A stretch of 60,653 bases of DNA, filler included, from Nemertoderma westbladi (Eukaryota; Animalia; Xenacoelomorpha): the NCBI GenBank assembly GCA_032718475.1. It is 3 parts of 3 records of this genome, joined end to end, with 100 filler letters (N's around TTAATTAATTAA, not from the genome) between each part and the next. Parts side by side here need not be neighbours in the genome. Positions count along the whole stretch, not along the records: positions 49,207 to 60,653 come from JAUCBJ010007857.1; 2 more parts are not named here. One strand, written 5' to 3'. A program made the translations under genes and the position numbers. Shown here in pieces: positions 49,207 to 60,350 of this stretch. The notes below the pieces were generated by a model, which ran no database searches, was not told where the DNA came from, and saw nothing but the letters and a program-made list of their open reading frames with translations. Each line of letters starts with the position of its first letter. The stretch's first letter is position 1.

Positions 49207-50601
49207 ATCTCCTTCGAAGGTGCGAATCTCCATCTTAGGCATGGCAAGGCGGTTCTCCAACGCCCGGATGATGCTGACGTCATCTGAACTGGAGTGACTC
49301 GGAGGGTTATAGTTATTGGCACTCACTCCCATACTTGATGGATCAATAATAGGTGGAGTTTTAATAATGACGCGGCTACGAGTTTGTGGTGTTGATGTAA
49401 ATGGGTTGTTCGATCGGGGAGTGGCGTCCCGTTCCGAGTCCCTTTCAGGCTCGTACTTGGGTACACTCGCTGTCGTGGTGTTGGATGGGAAATAAGGTTC
49501 CTCATTCTTTAGCGTAGCTGGTGGGGGATGAAACACCGGGGCTTGTGCCGATAGCGTAGACTGTTTGGTAGGCGGGATCTCGGGTTTCGGAGGTTTCGCC
49601 GCTGTTGGTGTAAATGACTTTTCTAACTCCGGTACCGGAATTGGTTCATATTCCTGATCTATATCTCTTTCCCAGTCCTCGTAAAGTTGAATATCTCGTT
49701 CTATAAGTGCGGCTTCGTATTCTGCGAGTTTAGCAATATCCGCATTCTTTTTGTGGATGAGAATTGCTTGGGCCTCGGCGTGTTGTTTACGCATTTCCGC
49801 TTCCCATTTACGTTGTTCGATCTCTCGTTCGGCCTCTCGTCCGCGTTGTTCGGCCTCCTGTTTACGTTGTTCGGCCTGCCGTTCGGCCTCTCGTCTATGT
49901 TGTTCGGCCTCCTGTTCGCGTTGTTCGGCCTGCCGTTCGGCCGCTTGTTCGGCCTCTCGCTTTTGTGTTTCGGCGGCTAATACATCTTGCTCGGCTTGCA
50001 GTTGAATATACTCATCTTCCATCCGAGCTTTGAGGGCTAATGCCTTCCGTTCTCGCAGTTGGTCTCGGAGTGGTGGCGCCCCTTGAGAACTGCGCGCTGA
50101 GCCGGATATCTCGCTCCTAGCGCTGGAGTGCTGATTTCTAACGGACCCCGTTCTCTTTCGATGTACTGCTGTCCTGATGCTGGAGGATCGTACTGATTCC
50201 GCGTCTGTTCTTTCAGCCCTCTTGTAATACTGTTCCTCATAGCCTCTCACAAGGCTGAGGGTCCTCCGGTGTTGTTTGCGGAACCCATCTAGATGTACAA
50301 CGTGTTCTTCCAGCTTGGGGTAGTTTTCCAGATCGGTGGGGGGAACGAGCTCTTGGTACGCCTGTATCATTCTTTCGTACCGCTGTAGGATATTTCGGAT
50401 ACTTTGAAGCTGAGTTTGTACCTCATTGAGGGGGGTTTTGACTCCCTTGAGTTGTTTCTCCATCCGTTGATACGCTCGGGTTACTCCGCCTTTAAGAGCC
50501 CCTAACCGACGGGTCATGTTCTTGACGTTTGGTACCTCGTCGGCTTCCGAGTCTGTGTGGTGATCCATCTCGTCGGTATCGGATACGTTATTTGTGGTCA
50601 T
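49207..50601 (-). CDS. BEL/Pao gag N-terminal part (open, cut by the gap)
   Basis: Uninterrupted frame with coiled coil, 11-aa AERQAEQREQE repeats, a Pro-rich linker and the PKMEIRTFEGD motif. Confidence 0.7.
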
Positions 50602-50789
50602 TGTAACGCCTCGTCGATGGCGAGATACGCGATGTCGTAAAACAGTTCCTCGTAGGTATTGTACTCAGCTTGGACCACCCGAACAGTAATCCTGAATCGT
50701 CCAACGTTCGTTCCTTGTACCTCAACTTCGACGTGCCAGATTCCTGGCTCAACTTGAATTATATCAATGGGTGTGATCGATACTTCCAT
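50598..50789 (-). CDS. 63-aa upstream ORF overlapping the gag start (ATGA)
   Basis: Its TGA (50598-50600) overlaps the gag ATG (50599-50601). Confidence 0.4.
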   Translation of the reverse strand: MEVSITPIDIIQVEPGIWHVEVEVQGTNVGRFRITVRVVQAEYNTYEELFYDIAYLAIDEALQ

Positions 50790-51469
50790 TCCCTGTTAAC
50801 AACTCTCCCGAATTGTGATCTGCCGACTACGAGTTGGTTAGATCGAGTTTGTTGTTTAATTAAACCACGACTTTGTCTCAACTCAAATACCAGAGTTTCC
50901 TCGTAGTGGGTGCTGGCAAGCACGTAGAGAGTTTTTGAAGAGTATTGAAGGATTCTCAACTTCCACCAGTTGAAGTTGACCGTAATTATCCTTAATTTTG
51001 ACACCGTGTCAAAATTAACCGCATTAATTATTCTTAATTTTGACACCCTGTCAAAATTAACCACGTGAATTATTCTTAATTTTGTTGCCGTTATTCCTAC
51101 ACCAGGGGGAAAAACGCCGATGCTGGAGACGTGACTTAACAGACCACCGAGCCCCGGCCAGTCACCGGATATTGATTGTGGGGAGGGAATATTTCTAAGA
51201 TGCAAGTTTGCGGTTGAGAAAAGCTGCATTAGTTGGATATACTCTTTAATGTAACTTCCTATAGTTGAAAACCTGATTAAGAATAATTTTGGGCTTCCCC
51301 AAATCAATATACACCAAATATTCACAATAATTATACACGATAATATAAATCCCTACGGTATATTATTTAATAACCCACTGTTCGCTCAGAATTTTAGCCT
51401 ACCTAATGTTCCCCAGATTTTCCCTCAGTCCCAGTCTTAGTGCCGTAGTGTCGGTGTCGGTCGACCCTG

Positions 51470-51951
51470 TCGCGTGTCCGTTCCACCCCTCACGAACCCC
51501 GAAGGGAACGATCATCGAGAACCAGCACGGCTTGGCTAAGGGTCGGTCCAGTCGGTAGACTCTGTCGCGTATCCGTACCACCCCTCTCGAACCCCGAAGG
51601 GTTCGGTCATCGAGAACCAGTACGGCTTGGCTAGGAGTCTGTCGTGTCGGTGGACCCGTTCGCGTGTCCGTTCCACCCCTCACGAACCCCGAAGGGTTCG
51701 ATCATCGAGAACCAGAACGGCTTGGCTAGGGGTCCGTCAGTTCATCACAGAAACCCAACCACCTAGGCTTTCCGAGTCCGTTTCAGGCTCGTAGTCGCTT
51801 CGGCAGCCAAGAAACTGCTCCGAACAGTCGGTAGGCCAGTAAAGTCTAGTCGAGTCTAGTCCTTTGTCTTTCGACCCCATCGCGTGTCCGTTCCACCCCT
51901 CACGAACCCCGAAGGGAACGATCATCGAGAACCAGAACGGCTTGGCTAAGG
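51470..51951 (-). repeat. Four ~70-bp leader repeats, each with a cUUCGg hairpin on the element's sense strand
   Basis: CGCGTGTCCGTTCCACCCCTCACGAACCCCGAAGGG(AA/TT)CG...GAGAACCAG.ACGGCTTGGCTA starting near 51471, 51566, 51661 and 51881. Confidence 0.85.
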
Positions 51952-52463
51952 GGTCTGTCGTCGGTTCCCGTCGCAAATCCCAGTCAAGCAGTCAGCGTTC
52001 CGAGTTCTTTTCAGTCTCGTAGTAGCTGCCGTTGGCCAGGGACCGCTAAGGGCAGTCCTTGTCCTTTAGGCCTGGCGCATTACCAAATCCACCCCTACAG
52101 GCAGCAGGAAGTTGGCCAGGGCCTAATAGTACTCAGGCTAACCTGAATACTGCTTGCATTTTCCATCCCCCCTGGCCCTTATAACTATGAAATTATTCCC
52201 GTACCCTGTAAGTTGCCCCAAAGTTCGCCCATAAATCGCCCCCAGTTTATTGAATGTGCCCAAAACCCATGGTCCCGCACCCAGTAGTAATATCGGAATA
52301 ATCAATTTTAAATAAAATACAAAAATATTCAACTCGCGTTATGGAAAGTTGAAATACCGCGAACAATTTTGAAAAAACTTGTCTAGATACAACTTGTCCT
52401 GTAACCATCTTTAACTTTTGTTTATTACTTTGATGCACCCAGATTAATTTTAACACTTTAACT

Positions 52464-52570
52464 GGGGGGGAAGTGTCCGGGGGGCAAGTGTCCGGGGGGA
52501 AGTGTCCGGGGGGGGAAGTGTCCTACTTGGGCGGGGGGGAAGTGTCCGGGGGGGAAGTGTCCTAGATCCG
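52464..52570. repeat. G-rich GGGGGGAAGTGTCC repeats, probably one arm of a MITE
   Basis: About six copies ending in GTGTCCTAGATCCG. Confidence 0.6.
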
Positions 52571-52774
52571 CCAAGCTCATTGTCTATACCTGCAGACGGC
52601 CGACTGTACTGTGTAAGTGGGCAGGTAGGGGCAATAGTCTCTGCAATCCCTATTGAAAAGTTTTACATGTACGCCGAGCACGTTCGGCGCAGCACTAGAA
52701 CTTGCGCCGGGAGCTGGCGCAGAAATGTGCTACGCCGGGCAATGAGCCGGAAGGGTCGGCGCAGAGATGTGCTA

Positions 52775-54211
52775 AAAAAAAAAAAAATAAGTTGGTGCCA
52801 GTTCCCAAGAAGGGCAACCTAACACTCTATGGTTCTTTTCGGGGAATCTCATTGATCTCGATTGCTGCAAAGCTATACAATAGGATTCTATTAAATCGCA
52901 TCGGGGATCCCATTGAGAGACTGCTCCGTGGAAATCAGAATGGGTTCCGTAAAGGTCGTGGGACCATGGAGCCCATTTTGGCACTTAGAAGGATAATTGA
53001 AGAATTATCAAAAAAGAAAGACAGGCATCTGGCTGTTATCTTTGTTGACTTCTTCAAGGCCTTTGATTCAGTCTCTCGCTCACGTATGTTCAGCATACTT
53101 TCATTATATGGGATTCCTGATGAAATTATTGCAGCAATCAGATCAGTATACGATGGTTCGACAACATTTGTGTCTACTGTTGACGGTGACACAGAACCAT
53201 TTGAAGTGTTATGGGGCGTCCTCCAAGGAGACACACTTGCACCATTCTTGTTCATTATTGTGGTTGACTATGTTCTACGCATGTCCTTAGATCTCCATAA
53301 TGATGATGGGGTGATGATAACTCCACCTACTGGCTCCAGAAGTCGAGGAAATCCTGCCAAGTACCTAACTGATCTAGACGTTGCTGATGACTTAGGAGTA
53401 CTCTCAGAATCATTAGAGGGAGCCCAACGGCTCCTCAGCTCATTAGAACATGCTGCTTCTAGTGTTGGTCTTTTTATTAACTCCAGAAAGACCAAAATTC
53501 TGACAGTTAACTTTGAAAGTCCTCAGCAAGTCTCTGATCGGATGAGCATAAGCTCAAAGGATGGTATGCTTGAGCATGTGGACGACTTCTGTTACCTGGG
53601 ATCATGGATCCGGAAGTCAGGTGAGGACCTTCGAATACGTAAGGGAAAGGCATGGACAGCCTTGATTAGGCTTTCCAGGATTTGGAAATCACCGAGAATT
53701 AATCGGAAACTTAAGGTCCGATTATTTAGAGCAGCAGTAGTTCCAGTACTCCTCTACGGGAGTCCATGCTGGGCTCTAACTGCTGAGGACACCAAATCTC
53801 TGGATGGCACATTCACAAGAATGCTACGCCGGGTTCATTGTGTCAAGTACAATGCACACATCTCCAACCAGACACTATATAACATTGGAGGTGTCTCATT
53901 GGTTCCCCCAAGCTTGACACTAGAACAAAATCGCCTCCGCTTTGCAGGACATTGCTTTCGCCGTGAGGACCAGCCAGTGCATAATCTTGTACTTTGGCAG
54001 CCTCGTGGAGTGAATAAGCATGGTGGACAGCCCATGACTTTCTTGAGACGCATCTTAAAGGACACTGGCCTTAAAGATGCGGATGATCTAGCAAATGTCA
54101 TGGGTGATAGGGAGTTGTGGCGGTGCAATTTTGTTGACAAGCCGGCACAGCATTCTTAAAAATGCAGCTGTAAAGCAGCATGCCGATCCTATCCTATATA
54201 TATATCCTATA
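52775..54211 (+). mobile_element. 5'-truncated RTE-clade LINE with a 60-bp target-site duplication
   Basis: RT motifs FRGISL, QNGFR.GR, FVDFFKAFDSV, GVLQGDTLAPFLF, DVADD, YLGS, and C-terminal LRFAGHC.R and DRELWR. Identical 60-bp flanks at 52715-52774 and 54212-54271. Confidence 0.9.
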
Positions 54212-54929
54212 TGGCGCAGAAATGTGCTACGCCGGGCAATGAGCCGGAAGGGTCGGCGCAGAGATGTGCTACGCCGGCGTAGCCGGCGGAGCACTGGCAA
54301 TGGTAGAGATGCTGCGCTCGGCGCAGCAGGCGTCGAAATATTCCCGACGTCGACGCTGCAGAAATTGACCCGGCGCCGGAGCAGGATCAGCCCAGCATAC
54401 CCGGCGTACATATTTGCCTGGCGCAGAAATCAGCCGAACCTAGCACCAGGCAGACAGTGAGACTGAGACAGCAGACATGCGTTCATCAGACCAACAGCAC
54501 AGCACCCCAGCAACACAATAACAACTGGCCATGCAGGAGGCAGAAAGGAAACTCACACTGCAGCACAGGCTGACTGCAACTGGTCGTTTATTTACGTATT
54601 TAACCTTATGCTGTTAAGAAGTAGGCAGGTAGGCAGGCTATCACAGTTCCAGCTATCAGCTGATCAGTCATTATTTCTATTGGTCATAGTCAGTTTATTT
54701 ATTTACATAATATTGCTGTATTGTATAAGCTATATTTATATTACAGTATTATATTATATTATTTGGATGGAGACACCGCTGTCATAGAAGCGTATAAATA
54801 AAACTGCACATATAATAAAACAGGCAGACAGAATGAAGTTGAACAGTGAATAAAACAAAACGACTTATACTACTGTAATGGCACTATTAATAATGAAACA
54901 ATTTATTACCGACACACATGTGTAACCAT

Positions 54930-55400
54930 TGGAAGTTGCAGTTCAATGACTCCAAGTGCAAGGTCATGCATGCATCTAGGTTCTAGAAATCCCCAAGCAA
55001 CTTTTTACACAATGAATGGATGGACACTTTTATCGGCAACCGACTGACCAAGGAACGTGATTTTGGAATTACATTTACACCAGACAGCCAGACTTGTCCT
55101 TCACAGCATCACAGCTCACTGCACAAAGACTGCAGCCCGCGCCATGCGAGTCGTACATTTAATACGAAGAACTTTTACATATTTGGAAGCTCCGATGTTT
55201 ACCCTCTGACCCTGTTATACAAATCCTTTGTTCGGCCTCGCCTTGAATACGACACAGTTGTTTGTTCGCCATTCCTCAGACATGATAAATATTGAACGTC
55301 TTGAACAAGTACAACACCGTGTGGTCACTCGCCTTGTACAGTTGTACTATACTTCTACCAGTCTAATAACGCATTACTGTAACAAGCTGAACCTTTACAG
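54930..55400 (+). mobile_element. Highly degraded CR1-clade LINE 3' fragment
   Basis: Broken frames give KCKVMH.LG, KERDFGI and LYKSFVRPRLEY..SP..IERLEQVQ. Confidence 0.65.
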
Positions 55401-56568
55401 CTTTACTGTAACATTGCTGTAACCCCCACCTACAACCTAAAAAGCTGGGGGTGAGTTGCAGATAAACATCCCTTTTATTGGTAATACACAACAGACTCAA
55501 CAGGTACCTACAGTATCTACATCATAAGCAGATTCTATTCTAATCAAAATACTGTATGTACCATTACAGGATGGTTGGGCAGTTGGGTGCAACCTTCGCC
55601 CACTTACAATACAACCTTCATCTGTGTCCAATCTTCGCTGCGTCCAACCTTCGCCTGGGGGAAACCTTAGCCCGCAAGGCAATCTTCGCCTGAAGGCAAT
55701 CTTCGCCCGCGAGCAACCTTTGCCCTATAAGATTTGTGTTAGAAACCATTTTAGTTACCAAGTGAGGGAAAGGAGCAGGTTACAGAGACGACTTTTTCTA
55801 ACCAAAACAATAAACGTGAAACGATGTAGTTTACCAATTGAGGGAAATGCTCTTTGAGGGTGAAGATTGCTCCGGTCAAAGATAGGGCGCGGGCGAAGTT
55901 TGCTGCGTACCTTACCTTACAGGACCAGTGTTCGATGACTGTAACTCGTAAGGCAGTAAGGGCTGAAGGGCGGAGTAGGCCCTACTGTACTGTAGTATTG
56001 TAGTAACAGTGCAGCAATGTTGGCCTATGAAATGTATTATTAAAATAAAAGTAACTTACAATCTGAGCATAATTTGTTCCGGTGTTTGATTACTATAAGA
56101 CTAATGTTTAAAGAAGACGCATGGAACCAGAAAATGGATTTGTAAAAATGTAAAATTATTACTAATGAAGAAAAATTTCTTCCAAAATATTGGGTAGGCG
56201 AGACCCACGTTTTGGTACGCGGCGCCTACCTTCGCCTTATACTGGCTACGGGCCTGGCCAACTGGCAAGTACAGTACACCCACCTTGCTCAGAGGCTGGA
56301 GGCCAGGTAAAGTGATCTGATCGTTTATTATTTTGGTTAGAAAAGCCCGCCTCTGTAACCTGATCCTTTCCCTTAATTGGTAAAGTGGCCCTTTATTGTT
56401 TTGGTTAGAAACGCCTGCCTCTGTAACCTGCTCCTTTCCCTCAATTGGTATATATATTTAGGCCTATATATATATATACCAGCAGACCAGTACAGCAGTA
56501 TATAGGCCTTAATGTACACCTGTCTGACTGTACATGTAAAAAAAGTAATAAAAATGTCCATCGGTAGG

Positions 56569-57469
56569 CCAGGTTGGAATTCATGCATGAGCGCGCAGGT
56601 ACGCTTTGTTGTTTTGAAATCACCGCGCACCTGAAATTGGCTCGTCGCGCACCTCATCATATGTCATAATCCAAACAAAATCGCGCAGCTCATGTCATGC
56701 ATATCTCAAAAAATCGCACAGTTCATAAGAACAATTTTACATTCCTATTTTACAAGTTTGAGCGTTTTAAGCTTATCTTTACGTCTGTCTGTCTGTACGT
56801 TGAATCTAGGCTTACATAATAAATGTAATTTTTGCAACATCAAAATGTTAATATTAAAAAATATTTTTTTAATCCACTACTATGGTGGCCCATCGGGCTC
56901 ACTGCTTTTATAACAGAAAATATTATTTTAGATTACAAACAAAACATGTACCGGTAATTTCAAAAAAACGAATATTGAAATAGGTACCAGTCTGCCAATA
57001 ATACTTTGTATAGGCCTACCTAACAATTAGGCTTAAACATACAGTTGGCTTATAATTAAGTCATACTTATAATACATTGTTACTTTCTGACTTTACCTGT
57101 TTACTAACGTAACATCGGCATAGCATAGACCTAATAACAATACAACAATAGAGTACAGTAGTTAAAATAAATAGACAAATTCAGCTCCGGTTGCCGGTAT
57201 TACAGTATTATGGTGAAGTGATTTGACTGTTCGAAGAATTGGAAATGAGAAACTAATGCGAGCGCAGCGAGCGAAATTTTTTTGTGTATTTTCGTGATTT
57301 CAATTAATTTGTGGTGCGCATCAGAGGCAGAGCTGCGCGCTGAGGCGCAACGCGCACCTGTCTCACACCCGAACGCGCACCTGTCTCACCCAAACGCGCA
57401 ACGCGCATCTGGTTTGCCGTCATTCGCGCAGGTACGCGTCCGAGTTTTGCAGCATGAATTCCAACCTGG
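56569..57469. mobile_element. hAT-like MITE
   Basis: TIRs CCAGGTTGGAATTCATGC and GCATGAATTCCAACCTGG. 8-bp TSD TCGGTAGG at 56561-56568 and 57470-57477. Subterminal CGCGCACCTG repeats. Confidence 0.8.
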
Positions 57470-57774
57470 TCGGTAGGTACGCTATTGTGATTTGTGACTT
57501 CGCCAAGGAGCAGGTTACAGACTGACAGAGGCGAGTTGAAAGGAACCAAAACAATAAACGAAAACGAGAGTTAGGAATATTGTCAGATTGTTATCCTATT
57601 ATCACTTGTCCTGTTGTCTGCTTGTTAAATTTCAGGATTAGAAGGTGCTTTTAGGAGTAACAGATTAGGAGGGTCCAGGGGTCCCCTCCCCTGTCTGCCT
57701 GTAATAATTATTAACTTTAAGGTAAACACTAGAGTCTTACAACCTTTAACTACAAAAAAATATAGAATCAGGAC

Positions 57775-58932
57775 TAGGGTGGTTCATATTTCAAAATGTT
57801 TTAAATTTCAGCTGGGTTCATGTTCTAATTTGTTCCAAATTGCATAAAAACTCGTTTGATAACTTCAAAATGTGTTGGAGTTTCCGGGAACTACACCCAC
57901 CATGGCATCATAGTAGCTGCTTGAGCCGTCACCCAGTCCCGCATAAAATGTAATCGTGGGACTAGTTCTTGTCATTGTTAGGTAAAAAGGTATACATATT
58001 CAGATATTCCAATTTCTTGCACAATTTGCTACAGAATTGTCGTTGAACCCAACTGAAAATGTTAGTATTAAATTCTTTCACATGTCCACATCCAGTTCCT
58101 GTTCCGCCCTTGCCGCAAGTGAGTCATATTCCCCATTTTTGTGAAAATCAACTTCTAGTATTCCTACCACATGGATATTATGCTCATTAGAACCGCAATG
58201 ACCGATTTAGTTGGTGTAGACACCTTCAAAACAAGCATAGAGCGAATAGTTTTTGAGTTATTGCAGAAAATATGAAGTCCGGCACAAGTCAACATTAGCA
58301 CCTTGATGCGATATTGACAAATACACTAAACATGATACTTATAATTATCGTAAGGCATCCGCAATTCACACATAACTGCAGCGATCAATTTACTGATTTA
58401 GGGGATGTTGACACAAAATATGAATTGATTGATTAGTTCTCGGGATATTGTACAAAATGTCTGGACTGAAGTTTTAAAGGTGTCTACACCAACTAAATCG
58501 GTCATTGCGGTTCTAATGAGCATAATATCAATGTGGTAGGGATACTAGAAGTTGATCATCACAATAATCTGATAATGGGGAATATGACTCACTTTGCGGC
58601 AAGGGCGGGACGGGAACTGGATGTGGACATGTGAAAGAATTTAATACAAACATTTTCAGTTGGGTTCAACGATAATTCTGTAGCAAATTGTGTAAGAAAT
58701 TGGAATTTGTATACCTTTTTACCTAACAATGACAAGAACTAGTCCCATGATTACATTTTATGTGGGACCGGGCGACGGCTCAAGCAGCTACTATGATGCC
58801 ATGCTGGGTGTAGGTAGTTCCTGAAAACTCCAACACATTTTGAAGTTATCAAATGTGTTTTATGCAATTTGGAACAAATTAGAACATGAACCCAACTGAA
58901 ATTCAAAATTTTTTGAAATATGAGCCACCCTA
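57775..58932. mobile_element. hAT-type foldback MITE with ~450-bp inverted arms
   Basis: TAGGGTGG...CCACCCTA termini. 8-bp TSD ATCAGGAC at 57767-57774 and 58933-58940. Arms ~57775-58230 and ~58475-58932. Confidence 0.9.
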
Positions 58933-59316
58933 ATCAGGACATTAAGCCCAAAATACCTTCCAGACCCTAAGGCCATCAAGGAACACAAAACAAAACAAAC
59001 AAAAAACACAAACAAAATATATTATAACATGCTCCACATACAAGTATGTATCGCAACCCTATAACCCTAAAACCTAACCGCCATATACTAAATGATACCG
59101 GTATTAAACTGTACAAAAGCTAAGCCTATATTCTATAAGAAAATATATAATAATGTAATAATTATAACAGTCAGATAATATATAGACGGTACTGATATAT
59201 CAGTATATATATATATATTGATATACTGATATAGTAATTCTAATTCAGTACGGTAGCTGTAATATCAATACCGGTTCCGGTTCTGTCTACAGTCTATTAC
59301 TGTATTAAACTGTTAA

Positions 59317-59883
59317 ATGAATTTAACTTACCTATTTCGTAAATTTAGTAGGCCTATTTCATCATTTTCCTGCAAAGCCCACTTCGCGAGGATCCATAAA
59401 CCTCTGTCAACGGCCAAGTTACTGCCAAAAGTAATTATACAGCCTTCTACCTCTCATAAAATTCACACCTTTACTTATCATTGTCAAAGCAGTGTTGAAA
59501 GTATTCCCTCAAAACCGGCATATGAAGAGATTGTAAGTGTGGTATTCGAAAACCCAGATGGTTCAACAGTGATCGTCAAGGCAAAAGTGGGAGATAATTT
59601 AATGTACTTAGCCCAACAAAATTCTATTGATGTTGAGGGTGCCTGTGAGGCATCGCTCGCATGTTGCACATGTCACGTGATTGTTGACGAGGACAATTTC
59701 ATGAAGTTAGACGAGCCGACCGTAGATGAAGAAGATATGTTAGATTTGGCTCCGTTTCTAACCCCCACATCGAGATTAAGTTGCCAGATAATCCTTAGCA
59801 AAGAACTAGACGGTATTCGCGTTACTTTACCTCACGCAACGCGGAATTTTTATGTTGACGGTCACAAACCTAAACCTCATTAA
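59317..59883 (+). CDS. FDX2: Mitochondrial 2Fe-2S ferredoxin-2 (adrenodoxin-like), intronless CDS
   Basis: Basic, Ser-rich presequence; EGACEASLACCTCHV; EEDMLDLAPFL; SRLSCQI; FDX2-type C-terminus TRNFYVDGHKPKPH. Confidence 0.93.
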   Translation: MNLTYLFRKFSRPISSFSCKAHFARIHKPLSTAKLLPKVIIQPSTSHKIHTFTYHCQSSVESIPSKPAYEEIVSVVFENPDGSTVIVKAKVGDNLMYLAQQNSIDVEGACEASLACCTCHVIVDEDNFMKLDEPTVDEEDMLDLAPFLTPTSRLSCQIILSKELDGIRVTLPHATRNFYVDGHKPKPH

Positions 59884-60006
59884 TTAATCAAACAACCAGG
59901 CAAGGCAAAGCTAGGCAACCAGGCGATTTATTAGATTATTATTATTATATCCACATATCTGATTATATTATCATATTATTAGATTTTCTGTTACCGGTAA
60001 ACTGTG

Positions 60007-60350
60007 ATGTCACATCTGTCTGTTCGTTCCCTTTATAAGAAGCTTTTAAAGGCTCGCAATCTCGCTTTTCGTAACGATCCATCGAGACTGTGTGATTCTA
60101 GAACGGCTATTTCGCTCGGCATTTTTAGAAAATCGCAAACGAAACTAACCTGGATAAAATTAGCGAGCTTGTTAAACAAGGCGAGGAGGTCGTGCAGGTG
60201 CTAACCCACGAGGTAATACAAATTCAGTCAACCGATACCCCAAATCGATATCGTTTTAATTTACGTCCTGAGAATCTAATTGATAACGATAAATTCCCTA
60301 TTGATTATAAAAGCATAAATACTGTTTCCTGTAACATTGTTAAAGATTGA
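60007..60350 (+). CDS. LYRM7: Complex III assembly factor LYRM7/MZM1 (frameshifted near 60110-60135, possibly assembly error)
   Basis: LYR-like SLYKKLLKAR..AFRND. After a net 2-nt shift the frame continues NETNLDKISELVKQGEEVVQVLTHEVIQIQSTDTPN..., paralleling LYRM7 (FKND..SETSSKKIEEL.K.G..V..LL..VIQ..TD.N). AATAAA near 60374. Confidence 0.75.

Larger units (their letters stand above)
49207..52460 (-). mobile_element. Second BEL/Pao element, 5' part (partial LTR, long leader, gag start)
   Basis: gag-like ORF ends at the gap in RLAMPKMEIRTFEGD, a BEL gag motif. Structured repeats in the leader. AATAAA near 52422 on the minus strand. Confidence 0.65.

Noticed and set aside
52702-52790. N-terminus of ORF 52702..54159
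   Set aside because: Derived from the TSD and the A-run, not from the RTE protein.
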